From: an uncultured delta proteobacterium
Lineage (GTDB): Bacteria > Desulfobacterota > RBG-13-43-22
DNA: 64,000 nucleotides
Direction of reading: 5' to 3'
Assembly: GCA_963711835.1 (NCBI GenBank)
Contig: CAVQFQ010000025.1
Span: 49,442-113,441 of the forward strand
Position 1 is the stretch's first letter. Each line of letters starts with the position of its first letter. The notes below the pieces were generated by a model, which saw only the letters and a program-made list of their open reading frames with translations, ran no database searches and was not told where the DNA came from. Shown one piece after another: positions 1 through 10,517 of the stretch. A program made the position numbers and the translations under genes.

Positions 1-370
1 GCCTTTGGCCTATGTCCGCTCCTATGCCACGGCCGGTGTGGATCCCTCCATCATGGGCACCGGTCCCATCCCGGCTTCCAAAAAGGCCCTGGAGAAGGCC
101 GGATTGACCGCCGAGAACCTGGATCTGATCGAAGCCAATGAGGCCTTTGCGGCCCAGGCCGCGGCGGTCAACAAGGAGATGGGCTGGGACCTGGAGAAGG
201 TCAACGTCAACGGCGGGGCCATTGCCATCGGCCATCCGATTGGGGCCAGCGGGGCCCGGATTTTAATTACCTTGCTTTTTGAGATGATCAAAAGGGATTC
301 CTCTTTGGGATTGGCTACCCTTTGTGTCGGCGGCGGCATGGGGGCGGCCTTGATACTGGAAAGAAAATAA
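1..370 (+). CDS. acetyl-CoA acetyltransferase (thiolase), 3' part; 5' end outside window
   Basis: Thiolase C-terminal motifs [21 protein letters not shown] and LCVGGGMG. Confidence 0.93.
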   Translation, partial: PLAYVRSYATAGVDPSIMGTGPIPASKKALEKAGLTAENLDLIEANEAFAAQAAAVNKEMGWDLEKVNVNGGAIAIGHPIGASGARILITLLFEMIKRDSSLGLATLCVGGGMGAALILERK

Positions 371-516
371 AAACCGTGAGGCGCCAGGCGCGAAGGCGTA
401 ACGGGTATTAACCATGACTTTAATAACGGATCTTAACCTCTTACCCCTCACGACTTCCGCGCTCACGAGAAAACGGATTCACTAAAAAAAAGAACTGATT
501 TTATCAGGGAGGTGAT

Positions 517-1302
517 ATGGCTTACGAATTAATTCTTTTGGAAATTTCAGAAGGGATTGCCACGATTTCCGTTAATCGTCCCAAGGCCTTGAATGCCCTG
601 AATCCCCAGGTCATGGAGGAGATCGGCGCAGCCTTGAAGGAGATCAGCCAAAATAAGGAAGTGCGGGCGGCCATATTGACCGGCACCGGGGACAAGGCCT
701 TCGTGGCCGGAGCCGACATCGGGAGCATGGCCAAACAAACCCCGTTGGAGGCCAAACGATTTGGCGCTGCGGGACAGGAAGTTCTCTTTGCCATGGAAGC
801 GATGGAGATCCCGATCATTGCGGCAGTCAACGGATTTGCTTTGGGAGGCGGGACTGAGATCGCCATGGCCTGCGATTTTATTTATGCCTCGGAAAAGGCC
901 AAATTCGGCCAGCCTGAAATCAACCTGGGTATCATCCCCGGATTCGGCGGCACCCAGCGCCTGGCCCGCCTGGTGGGAAAGGGCTGGGCCCGGGAGTTGT
1001 GTCTGACCGGCGTTATCATTTCCGCCCAGGAGGCCCAAGAGATCGGCCTGGTGAACAAGGTGTTTCCTCCAGAAACCTTGATGGAGGAGACCCGTAAAAC
1101 GGCCAAACTGATAGCTTCGAAAGGCCGGGCCGCTATCCGGGCCGTCAAACAGGCCGTCAATCGGGGCTTTGATGTGGATCTGCGCAACGGCTGCGCCATG
1201 GAAGTGGATGCCTTTGCCATCGCTTTCACCAGCCCCGATGCCAAAGAGGGCTTGACGGCCTTTCTGGAAAAAAGAAAGCCGGATTTTAAGGGAGAAATTT
1301 AA
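517..1302 (+). CDS. crt: enoyl-CoA hydratase (crotonase)
   Basis: AFVAGADI, AAVNGFALGGGTE and PEINLGIIPGFGGTQRL motifs; RBS GGGAGG. Confidence 0.9.
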   Translation: MAYELILLEISEGIATISVNRPKALNALNPQVMEEIGAALKEISQNKEVRAAILTGTGDKAFVAGADIGSMAKQTPLEAKRFGAAGQEVLFAMEAMEIPIIAAVNGFALGGGTEIAMACDFIYASEKAKFGQPEINLGIIPGFGGTQRLARLVGKGWARELCLTGVIISAQEAQEIGLVNKVFPPETLMEETRKTAKLIASKGRAAIRAVKQAVNRGFDVDLRNGCAMEVDAFAIAFTSPDAKEGLTAFLEKRKPDFKGEI

Positions 1303-1491
1303 CTGCCGTACTGGTACTGGATATTGGTTGCTGGATAAAGACGAAAAACTTTTTTTGACAGCGGATTAGGAAAGAAAAAAGATCGAGGTTCGAAGGCCAA
1401 CGGATTAGAGGTTTAACTAAGGAGACTTTCTCCCCGGAACCCTTGAATCCGCGGCCCCTTGAACCCTTTAATCACTAAGGAGATAGTAATT

Positions 1492-2640
1492 ATGGATTTT
1501 AATTTAACGGAAGAACAGCAGATGGTCCGGGAAATGGCCCGGCGGTTTGCCGAGGCCGAAATCAAACCCGTGGCCGCCAAACTGGATGCCACGCATGACC
1601 ATCCGGCCGAGATCTGCAAGAAGTTGGCGGAATTGAAATTTCTGGGCATCGCCGTTCCCGAGGAATACGGCGGCGGGGGTATGGACTATGTCAGCTACGC
1701 GGTGGCTCTGATTGAAATCTCCAAGGCCTGCGCCTCCACCGGGGTCATCATGTCGGTCAACAACTCGTTGTATTGTTTCCCGGTCATGGCCTTTGGGACC
1801 CATGAACAGAAAGTAAAGTATTTAACCCCGGTAGCCAGCGGCCAATACCTGGGATGCTTTGGTTTGACCGAGGCCGGGGCCGGGTCCGATCCGTCCGGTA
1901 TGCGGACCACGGCCGTCCTGGATGGCCAGCAATGGGTCATTAACGGCGAAAAAAAATTTATCACCAACGGCAATGTCTCCCGCTATGGCGTGCTGGCGGC
2001 CGTCACCGAAAAAGGAAAAGGCTATAAGGGAATCAGCTCGTTTGTGGTGGACTTTGAAAACACGCCGGGTTTTTCTCTGGGGCGGGTCGAAGAAAAACTG
2101 GGCATCAACGCCTCGGGAACGGCGGAACTGGTTTTTGACAATGCCCGGGTCCCCAAAGATGCCTTGCTGGGCAATCCCGGAGACGGGTTTAAACAGATGC
2201 TGACCACCCTGGATGGGGGGCGGATCGGGATCGCTTCCCAGGCCATCGGAATCGGCCGGGCCGTTTTGGAAGAATCCTTGGATTACGCCAAGAGCCGCGA
2301 GCAATTCGGCAAAGCCATCTCCACCTTCCAGGCCATCCAGTGGAAGCTGGCCGATATGGCCACCCAATTGGACGCGGCGGAACTGCTGACCCTTCGGGCG
2401 GCCTGGATGGAAGACCACCATCTGCATTACGAAAAAGCAGCTGCCATGGCCAAAATGTTCGCTTCCGATTCGGCCATGCAGGCGGCCATAGAAGGTGTTC
2501 AGATCCTGGGCGGCTACGGCTACTGCCGGGAATACCCCATGGAGCGGCACATGCGGGATGCCAAGATCACCCAGATCTACGAAGGCACCAACGAGATCAT
2601 GCGGATCGTAATTGCCAATAATATCCTGAAAGGCAAATAA
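1492..2640 (+). CDS. short-chain acyl-CoA dehydrogenase
   Basis: MDFNLTEEQ start after AAGGAG; FGLTEAGAGSD, GGRIGIA, QIYEGTNEI motifs. Confidence 0.92.
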   Translation: MDFNLTEEQQMVREMARRFAEAEIKPVAAKLDATHDHPAEICKKLAELKFLGIAVPEEYGGGGMDYVSYAVALIEISKACASTGVIMSVNNSLYCFPVMAFGTHEQKVKYLTPVASGQYLGCFGLTEAGAGSDPSGMRTTAVLDGQQWVINGEKKFITNGNVSRYGVLAAVTEKGKGYKGISSFVVDFENTPGFSLGRVEEKLGINASGTAELVFDNARVPKDALLGNPGDGFKQMLTTLDGGRIGIASQAIGIGRAVLEESLDYAKSREQFGKAISTFQAIQWKLADMATQLDAAELLTLRAAWMEDHHLHYEKAAAMAKMFASDSAMQAAIEGVQILGGYGYCREYPMERHMRDAKITQIYEGTNEIMRIVIANNILKGK

Positions 2641-2796
2641 AAAAAGGGTTCAAGGGGTCAAGGATTCAAGCGAAAAAGGGAAGCATTAAAATTCAAGAAA
2701 TACTAACCGAACAACTATTATAAACGTTGCCCGGGAATTAATTTGGATCACCACTTTGACCCCTCGGCCCCTTGAACCCTCTTAGAGGTTTTTTTC

Positions 2797-3951
2797 ATGA
2801 ACTTTGCCCTAACGGAAGAACAGAAAATGATCCAGGAAACGTGCCGGGATTTCGCCCGGACGGAACTGGCCCCCCAGGCCGCCCGGCTGGATGAGACCAA
2901 AGACCGGACCATCCTCCTCAAAAATCTAAAAAAGATGGCCGAGTTGGGGCTGATGGGCATGACTATTCCGGAGAACTATGGGGGGCCCCAGGTGGGGGTG
3001 GTGGCCTATAGCCTGGCCATGACCGAGATCGGGGCCGGCTGTGCCTCAACAGCGGTTACCATGTCGGTTACCAATATGGTGGCGGAAGTTCTCCTGGAGT
3101 TCGGGACCGAAGAAGTAAAACGCAGGCACATCCCCCGGATCTGCTCCGGAGAGTATCCGGCCGGGGCCTTTGGACTTACGGAACCGGGGGCCGGCTCGGA
3201 TCCGGCCGGGATGAGGACCACGGCCGTGCTGGACGGCAACGAATGGGTTCTGAACGGCCAGAAGATTTTTATTACCAGCGCCGAATACGCCGGTTTGGTC
3301 ATTGCTTGGGCGGTTACCGATAAAAACGCCCCCAAAGGGCGGGGGATCAGCGCCTTTGTGGTCGAACAGGGGACGCCGGGCTATCTGGTTGGGGCTGATG
3401 AGAAGAAAATGGGACAAAAAGGCTCCAGCACCAATCAGTTGATTTTTGACAACTGCCGCATCCCCAAGGAAAATCTGTTAGGATCGGCAGATGACGGCCT
3501 TCGGATCGCCTTGATGGAGCTGGCCGGAGGACGGATTGGGATCGGCTCCATGTCCGTTGGGATTGGGCGGGCAGCCATGGATTTTGCCCTGGACTACGCC
3601 AAAAACCGGGAGCAGTTCGGCCAACCTATTTCCGCTTTTCAGGCCATCCAATGGATGATAGCCGATGCCTATACCGAGTTGGAGGCTGCCCAATTGCTGA
3701 TCCTGCGGGCGGCTTTCCTGAAGGAAACCGGCAAGGGCTTTACACGTGAGGCGGCCATGGGAAAGGTTCTGGCTTCCGAAGCAGCCAACCGGGCCTGTTA
3801 CAAGGCGGTTCAGATTCTGGGCGGCTACGGTTATACCGCCGACTATCCGGTGGAAAGACTGGCCCGGGACGTTCGGGTGACCACGCTTTATGAGGGGACT
3901 TCCGAAATACAACGGCTGGTTATTGCCAGGGAATTGCTGGGAGCCAGTTAA
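2797..3951 (+). CDS. acyl-CoA dehydrogenase (second paralog)
   Basis: FGLTEPGAGSD, GGRIGIG, LYEGTSEIQR motifs. Confidence 0.92.
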   Translation: MNFALTEEQKMIQETCRDFARTELAPQAARLDETKDRTILLKNLKKMAELGLMGMTIPENYGGPQVGVVAYSLAMTEIGAGCASTAVTMSVTNMVAEVLLEFGTEEVKRRHIPRICSGEYPAGAFGLTEPGAGSDPAGMRTTAVLDGNEWVLNGQKIFITSAEYAGLVIAWAVTDKNAPKGRGISAFVVEQGTPGYLVGADEKKMGQKGSSTNQLIFDNCRIPKENLLGSADDGLRIALMELAGGRIGIGSMSVGIGRAAMDFALDYAKNREQFGQPISAFQAIQWMIADAYTELEAAQLLILRAAFLKETGKGFTREAAMGKVLASEAANRACYKAVQILGGYGYTADYPVERLARDVRVTTLYEGTSEIQRLVIARELLGAS

Positions 3952-4488
3952 ATGACTGATGCCCGTGTCAAAGGGATGATCCAGATCTATACCGGAACAG
4001 GAAAAGGCAAGACTACGGCAGCCCTGGGTTTGGCCATGCGGGCCATCGGATATGGCCAGAAGGTGTTCATTATTCAATTTATGAAAGGGGAGGAGAAGAC
4101 AGGCGAGTTGCTGACTGCCGAAAAGCTATCCCCCTATCTGACCATCAAGCCCATGGGGAGGGAGGGTTTTATTGTTAAGGATCATATTGATCCCATCGAT
4201 CTCCATTGGGCCCAGGAAGGGATGGATCTGGCCCGGGAAGTGATCAGAAACGGCGCCCACGATATCCTGATTTTGGATGAAATCAACGTGGCCGTGTCTT
4301 TTGGATTGATCTCCGTCCAGGAGGTTTTGCAATTAATCAATAAAAAACCGCCCGGAATGGAATTGGTCCTAACCGGGAGATATGCCCCCGCCGAATTTTT
4401 GGAGAGGGCCGATTTGGTAACGGAAATGAAAAACATCAAGCATTATTACGAGAAGGGTGTTCCCCACCGGGAGAGTATCGAGCGTTAG
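3952..4488 (+). CDS. cobO: cob(I)alamin adenosyltransferase, CobO/BtuR type
   Basis: YTGTGKGKTTAALG P-loop, IQFMKG, ILDEI, ELVLTGR, ADLVTEM motifs. Confidence 0.9.
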   Translation: MTDARVKGMIQIYTGTGKGKTTAALGLAMRAIGYGQKVFIIQFMKGEEKTGELLTAEKLSPYLTIKPMGREGFIVKDHIDPIDLHWAQEGMDLAREVIRNGAHDILILDEINVAVSFGLISVQEVLQLINKKPPGMELVLTGRYAPAEFLERADLVTEMKNIKHYYEKGVPHRESIER

Positions 4489-4554
4489 GGAATTCAGGGC
4501 GGTCCTCCCGGACGGCCTTCCCCGGGTCCTTCCTGGGCTCCGGCATCTGCCATA

Positions 4555-4590
4555 GCGCCCATCCGGAAAGGATTGGTTCCGGATGGGCGC
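4555..4590. terminator. 14-bp perfect hairpin between convergent genes; likely bidirectional terminator
   Basis: GCGCCCATCCGGAA-8nt-TTCCGGATGGGCGC. Confidence 0.6.
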
Positions 4591-4614
4591 CCGAAGGGCC
4601 TGGATTTTTTCTGC

Positions 4615-5638
4615 TTATTTAAAATAATCGTCCCGGGCCTTTTTGAGCTGCTGAATATTCTCCAGGGGGGACCGGGGGGCGATCCCGCAGCCCGGGCAAA
4701 GAAAATCCGTGCCGTTTTCGAGGGCCTGGATGGATTCCTTATAGACCTCCTCCGGTGTTCCGCTGAAGAGAGTGGTGGCCGTGGCTACATTTCCAAAGAC
4801 TTTAACTCCGCTTTTGTGGGCGATCTCCACCGCCCGCTTTAGGTCCGCTTTTTCTTCGATGCTAATCCCGACCGCTCCCGTGGCGCACATCAATTCGATA
4901 ATCGGATCGGTATCGGCACAGACGTGTAAAACCACCGGCCCCTTGATGCTGCTGATGATTTCCTTTTCCAAAGGTAAAACAAATTTTTCATAAATTTTTG
5001 GGCTGAGGAGGGCCGGACCGGAAGTGGGTTCGGCAAAGACATAGAAATCGGCCCCCAGGTCAAAGGCGAAATTGGCGGCCGCTATGGCGGCCTGTTTGGT
5101 GACTTCAAAGGTCTTCAGCAGGGCATCCGGTTTTTTAAAGACCCATTTCATGAAGAGCTCGGTCCCCACCAGGTTGGCGGCGCAGGTAAAGGCCCCCTCC
5201 GATTCGCCGAAGATAACCATCGTCTCTCCGACTCTTTCTTCGAGCAGCCTGAAATTTTCTTTATAAACCGGAAAACGACCCCGGCTTAAAAAGTCGGCCG
5301 GGAATGCCAAATTTTCAACGCCTTCGGCATAGGGGTGTTCCTTGATAAAATACTGGCGATCGATCTCCGGCTTGCCCATGCCGCACCCCATAGCCTGGCT
5401 TAAAGGAATGATATCCCAGCCCATGGCCTTGACCCATTCAAAGTGCCCATAGACATGTCCCGCCATGGCCAACTCGGTCATGGCCTTCGGATCGTCATCC
5501 GCCAGGGGCCTCTCATAGCCGCATTTCTTCATAAAATCGACTACGCCATAGGTTGTTGTACGAGCCTACCGGGGTCTTGTCGACCTCTTTCCCCTGCAGT
5601 TGGTTTAAAAACCTTTTTTTTAAACTCAATTCTTCCAT
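4615..5638 (-). CDS. MtaA/CmuA-family (URO-D fold) methyltransferase; one apparent frameshift near 5562
   Basis: AGGAGG then ATG at 5638 gives MEELSLKKRFLNQLQGKEVDKTPVG; removing one base joins it to the 4615..5532 frame. Zn-ligand motifs LHVC and PGCG present. Confidence 0.8.
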
Positions 5639-5872
5639 CTTGGGCCTCCTTATATTTAAAAAAATGAATAATTTCCTTTTTAATTAGCTTAAACTAAAAT
5701 ACCACCGTTTTCAAATGATTTAATAACTCGACTATAAATTTCCTCTTTGCTATACTTCTTGTCCATCTCATTTGCATTGGGACCTCATCTGACGGATAAT
5801 TTTCTGGTGTCCGGGTCTCACGTTATCGACATCTGACCAGACCCTCCATTTATTTGAGAAAGGTCTAAAACT

Positions 5873-6394
5873 ATGTACTTAGACTTACGGAGTGCCCTTG
5901 TCCGTGATGGCAACCGGGTCACTTTTTTTGGACTTCCCATTGCCTTGCATTGCCACCACTACAATATTAATCTCCAAAAAACAGCGGAAGACATTTTGGG
6001 AGCGGAAGGGATTGAACTCCTCTTCCGGGCCGCTGAAGAGGCCAGCCATATGGGATTTAAAGCCATTTTAGGTTGGTATGATCGGATTAAGACCACAAAA
6101 TCGAAATTGGAATTGGCCGCTTCGGTTTATCAAAACTGCGGATTAGGCGTTATCCATTTCCAACAAATAGATCCCAAGAAAGGTCGGGTAGTCAGTACCT
6201 CCAGTTATCATGTCACCGGATGGTTGGCCAAGCATGGCATTCGATCAACTCCGGGTTGCCATTTTTCCCGAGGCTGGATCGCTGGGGTTCTGGAAGTCAT
6301 TTACGATCGACCCATTGGATATTTTGCTGTGAATGAGCGGGCCTGTAAGATGATGCGAAAAGAGAAATGTATTTTCGAGGTGAAGGAGCGTTAA
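5873..6394 (+). CDS. V4R-domain protein
   Basis: GLGVI...GCHFSRGWIAGVL...ERACKMM...CIFEV pattern typical of V4R. Confidence 0.7.
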   Translation: MYLDLRSALVRDGNRVTFFGLPIALHCHHYNINLQKTAEDILGAEGIELLFRAAEEASHMGFKAILGWYDRIKTTKSKLELAASVYQNCGLGVIHFQQIDPKKGRVVSTSSYHVTGWLAKHGIRSTPGCHFSRGWIAGVLEVIYDRPIGYFAVNERACKMMRKEKCIFEVKER

Positions 6395-6994
6395 GTGGCC
6401 ATTGATGGAAATAAAATAATTCAAGCTTTCATGGAAGGAAGTCGGATTCGGGATGAAAAGGGGATTATTCCTATCTTTGGGGTATATCTTTCCCTTTTTT
6501 TTGTCCAATATTATAATCGCCTTTCCTTTGATTTTGAAAGAAGGCTGGGTGAAGAGCGACAAGCGGAGGCAGAAGCTTATCTGATTCAAGCCGCTCAAGA
6601 ATGTGGCTATGCCACGTTTCATGGGCTACTCAATTCCTGGGAATGGGAAAACCTCGTTAAACCTATGATTGAGAAGGAAGAAGATAAGCTTCTTGGATTC
6701 ACCGCTGTGGCTTTGGCTGCCGGGTGGGGTGATTTGAGCATAAGAAGCCTCATTCCTGGGGAAAAGCTCGTTGTCTATGTAAATGAATCCTATGAGGCCA
6801 CAGGCTACCTCCAATCCCACGGTCGTGCCGGTTCAGGAAAATGTTTTATGCTTCGCGGGGTAACGGGAGCCTTTATGGATGTCCTCTACGGAGAAGACTA
6901 TCCGGACGGCTGCTTCACATTTTTAGCAGAAGAGCCTCTCTGCCGGGCCAAGGGAGATGTTCATTGTGAGTTCGAAGTCCATAAAAAATCCTAA
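6395..6994 (+). CDS. V4R-domain protein (second)
   Basis: GWGDL...SYEA...CFMLRG...EPLCRAKGDVHCEFEV; GTG start directly after the upstream stop. Confidence 0.72.
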   Translation: MAIDGNKIIQAFMEGSRIRDEKGIIPIFGVYLSLFFVQYYNRLSFDFERRLGEERQAEAEAYLIQAAQECGYATFHGLLNSWEWENLVKPMIEKEEDKLLGFTAVALAAGWGDLSIRSLIPGEKLVVYVNESYEATGYLQSHGRAGSGKCFMLRGVTGAFMDVLYGEDYPDGCFTFLAEEPLCRAKGDVHCEFEVHKKS

Positions 6995-9232
6995 AGGTTT
7001 TCAAAGGGAAGCCAACCTCGTTACCGGGCCAACTTGTTGGGAATACTTGGCCTGTTCCAAGGTGTTCTGTCCGGCATACGATAAAAGAAACCTGACCTGC
7101 TGGACCGTTTCTAAAACTCATTGCAGCGAAGAGGTCAGTGATGATTTCTTTAAAAAAATAGCGGCCTGTGTGGTTTGCCCATACTTCAAAAAAATAGGTG
7201 ACCAGGACCCAAGCGGATGGAATTATTTTCTGGCTGAGCAGATCCGCCAATATAATTTTAAGGCCTTGGGGCAGATCTATCAAAAGGAAGAAAGCTTTAT
7301 CGAAATCTTGGATCGCATCCCCGATGGGCTTTTTACCATCGATCAGGAATGGAGGATCACTTACTTTAATCCGGCGGCCGAAAAAATCACCGGTTTTTCA
7401 ACCCACGATGCGGTAGGGATGTATTGCAAGGACGTTTTAAAAAACACGATTTGTGAGACCGATTGTGCTCTGAAACGAGCTGTGGCTAACGGTACCTACA
7501 CCTATCATCAGGAGCAGATGATAACCAATATTGAAGGGAAAAAGATTCCGATTATCTGTTCAACCTCCGTCTTTTTAGATAACGAAAGGCGAATTACCGG
7601 GGGCATTGAGATATTCAAAGATATTACGGAACTGAGAAATCTCCAGGAGGAAATTTTAAGAAGGGAAAGAAAGTACCGGCGCATCTTTGAAAGCAGTAAT
7701 GACATGATTTATATTTCTAATCAGGGAGGCGCAATTCTGAATGTAAACCAGGCTGGGGTGGATATGCTCGGATACCGCAGCAAAGAGGAGTTGATGGGCA
7801 TCAGATCGGTAAGACAACTGTACCGAAGTACCCGAGATCGTGATCTTTTCATGGAACGGATCAATCGAGACGGGTACGTCAAAGATTTCGAAGTAGATTT
7901 GAAGCGGAAAGACAAATCGCTTGTCCATGTGCTCATTTCCAGCCGGCGCCATATAAATCCCGAAACAGAAGAAATCGAGTTCGAGGGAATTATTAAAGAT
8001 ATTACTCAGCGCAAAAAGGCAGAGCAAGCCCTCAAACAACGAAACCGGGATCTCTCCATTCTCAATACGATTGCTTTGGGTTTGAATATTACCATGGATT
8101 TGGATCAACTCTTGAGAATGACTCTAAAAAATATTATTAAGATGCTGCGAATACAAAGCGGGGCCCTGTTTCTGATTGACCGGGAAAAGAAAAAGGTCTT
8201 GCTCCAAGGGGGATATGGATTACCCGTCCAGGAACCCGGGCGCCTGGGCGAAGTTTTCTTTAAGGATATCCCCTTGATGAATTTCCTTTTAGACGAGGAT
8301 GGGAAGCTTCCACCAAAACCAAAGTTTCCTCCCTTTCAGGTAACTTACCCGGGAGAAGGTGGGAGGCCGGTTCCTTGGTTGTTTAGTTTTCTTATAACCT
8401 CACGGGGCAAATGCCTGGGATTCTTTGGCCTGGATCTTCCGCTCACAAAAATGCTAAGCCCCCATGAAGTGCATTTGCTCTCTTCTTTGGGCAATTTTTT
8501 AGGTGGAGCCATAGAAAATACTCAACTCGTTGAAACCATAAGGCGCCATCGACAAGAGCTGCGAAAACTAACTGAGAAGCTATTCCAGAGCCAGGAAGAG
8601 GAACGACGTCGTATCGCTCGGGAATTGCATGACGAAGCTGGCCAGGCCATGACGGGGATTAAATTGGGGTTGGATAGGCTGGAAGGGGCTGTGCCGGATG
8701 ATAACCAAATTCTTAAAGAAGAAATAGATCAAATCAGGAAGATGGTGACCCGCACTTCTTCGGAAATCAGACAGCTCTCCTATCGACTCCATCCTACGCT
8801 ACTGAGCGACCTTGGCCTGGAGCCGGCTCTGGACCTCTATTTAAAGAGCGTGGCCAACCAGTCGAAAATGAACATCGACTTTCGCATGGTGGGATTTGAC
8901 CACCGCCTGGACGCTGATATTGAAACCGTGCTCTATCGCTTCAGCCAAGAGGCCTTGACCAACACGCTAAAACATTCCGGAGCGGAAAACTTTCACCTCT
9001 CAATCATCAAGGGGTCACCAAAAATTATTTTTTTAGCTGAGGATGATGGGATTGGATTCGATGGCCGGATCATAGGAAACAACAAGAGGAGTTTGGGGTT
9101 ACTGGGTATGCGGGAGCGGGCTTCCCTTTTAGGAGGAACCTTCCAAATCCGAAGCCAACCCATAACCAGGGTACCCGAATTCGTATTGAAATTCCCTTAA
9201 ACGAGGTGCAGAGCCATGGCACAAACGATTAA
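6957..9232 (+). CDS. sensor histidine kinase (Cys-rich N-terminus, 2 PAS, GAF-like, HisKA_3/HATPase); frameshift near 9162; start uncertain
   Basis: IARELHDEAGQ H-box, QEALTN, EDDGIGF, GLLGMRERA; shifted frame restores QGTRIRIEIP as in the paralog at 21042. Confidence 0.85.
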
Positions 9233-9880
9233 AATTCTACTGGTTGACGACCATACCATTGTCAGGCAGGGACTGGCTCGCTTATTGGAGGATCAACCTG
9301 GTTTTAAAGTGGTGGGGGAAGCGGTGAATGGTAGGATTGCCGTTGAAAAGGCACAATCACTAAAACCGGATGTCATTATAATGGATATCGCCATGCCTTC
9401 TTTAAACGGCATTGAAGCCGCCAAAAGAATACGCAAGCTCCTCCCCAATACCAAGATACTGATTCTATCCATGTATTCTCAAGAAAATTATATTCACGAA
9501 CTTTTAGAAGCCGGGATATCGGGATATTTATTAAAAGACACCTCCAGCGGTCCTGATATTGTTCATGCTATTGAAGCGGCCATGAAGGGTGAAACCTCCC
9601 TAAGCCCGTCCGTGTCCAAATTGTTGGTGGATCGGTATCTCTCACTCCGAAAAAGTTCTCCCAAGGAAGAACGCTTCAATCAGCTATCCGATCGGGAAAG
9701 GGAGGTCTTACAGCTCATTGCCGAGGGCATTCGACCAAAAAGATTGCCGATCTACTCTGTATCAGCATTAGCACGATTAAAACCCATCGGGCCAAGGTTA
9801 TGGAAAAACTGGAATTGCGCACCACACCCCAATTAATATATTTTGCTATTCAGCTCGGTTTGGTTGAGCAGGAACTTTAG
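9216..9880 (+). CDS. NarL/LuxR-family response regulator; frameshift near 9728
   Basis: LVDDH...MDIAMP receiver domain; shifted frame gives STKKIADLLCISISTIKTHRAKVMEKL HTH ending at TAG 9878-9880. Confidence 0.85.
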
Positions 9881-9926
9881 CCCCCCTCTTTCCTCTCCAT
9901 CCTTCTCATCTCCAGAGATTATAAGG

Positions 9927-10008
9927 ATCATCCTTTTGTTGCCTAAGGATCATCTTTTTGTTGATTAAAAAACATCCTTTTGTTGATAAAAAACATCCCC
10001 AAGACGAT
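9927..10008 (+). promoter_or_regulatory. four tandem imperfect palindromic sites (A[T/A]CATC-N5-G[T/A][T/C]GAT consensus) at 22/22/21-bp spacing; candidate response-regulator operators
   Basis: Sites start at 9927, 9949, 9971 and 9992, upstream of the first methyl-transfer operon. Confidence 0.6.
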
Positions 10009-10133
10009 TTACCTTACGATCAAGTTTGTTGTATATTTGTTAAAATTCAAAAAGGTGAACTGGCTGATTTCTTTTTTGTTGGGTCGATACAAACCATACC
10101 GATTAACCCTAATCCGAGGTCAGACAGAGAATT

Positions 10134-10479
10134 ATGAGCTTCCTGCTCAGGCCACAGCACTCCCTAGGCAATCCTTTATACACAAAGTTGACCCTCCCGT
10201 GATGAGGCGCTGGAAGCGCTTCGAACGATTCTAAAAGAAGAAGAGATAAGCATACCTATTGATTTGATTTTAATCCGGGATGAAGCTGAAGCTACAGCCA
10301 AGCATTTCCAGGGTTCTCCGACCATCCAGATCAATGGATTGGATTTGGAGCCTGAGGCCCGAGAGCACCCAAAGATCGGTATGGGTTGACGATTTTATAT
10401 AGCGGAGGATGGACGATTCTCCAAGACCCCACCGGATTTCTTGGTCCGGGAGCAATTGAGGATATTGCTCAATGAATAA
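10134..10479 (+). CDS. putative thioredoxin-like selenoprotein with two Sec (DUF2703-like); needs a 1-nt frameshift near 10165-10170 to connect to ATG 10134
   Basis: Frame from 10171 reads ILYTQS-U-PSRDEALEAL...HFQGSPTIQINGLDLEP...GMG-U-RFY...; TGA at 10189 and 10387 sit where this family has Cys; hairpins follow both. Confidence 0.65.
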
Positions 10480-10517
10480 AAAGAACTAATTGATATTAAT
10501 TCGAAAGGAGTGACTTC

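Noticed and set aside
9922-10008. 22-bp direct repeats as a CRISPR array
   Set aside because: Units are contiguous with no unique spacers and no cas genes nearby
10165-10167. TAG as pyrrolysine in a methyltransferase neighbourhood
   Set aside because: No in-frame start upstream (another stop at 10135), and no MttB/MtmB/MtbB or pyl genes in the window
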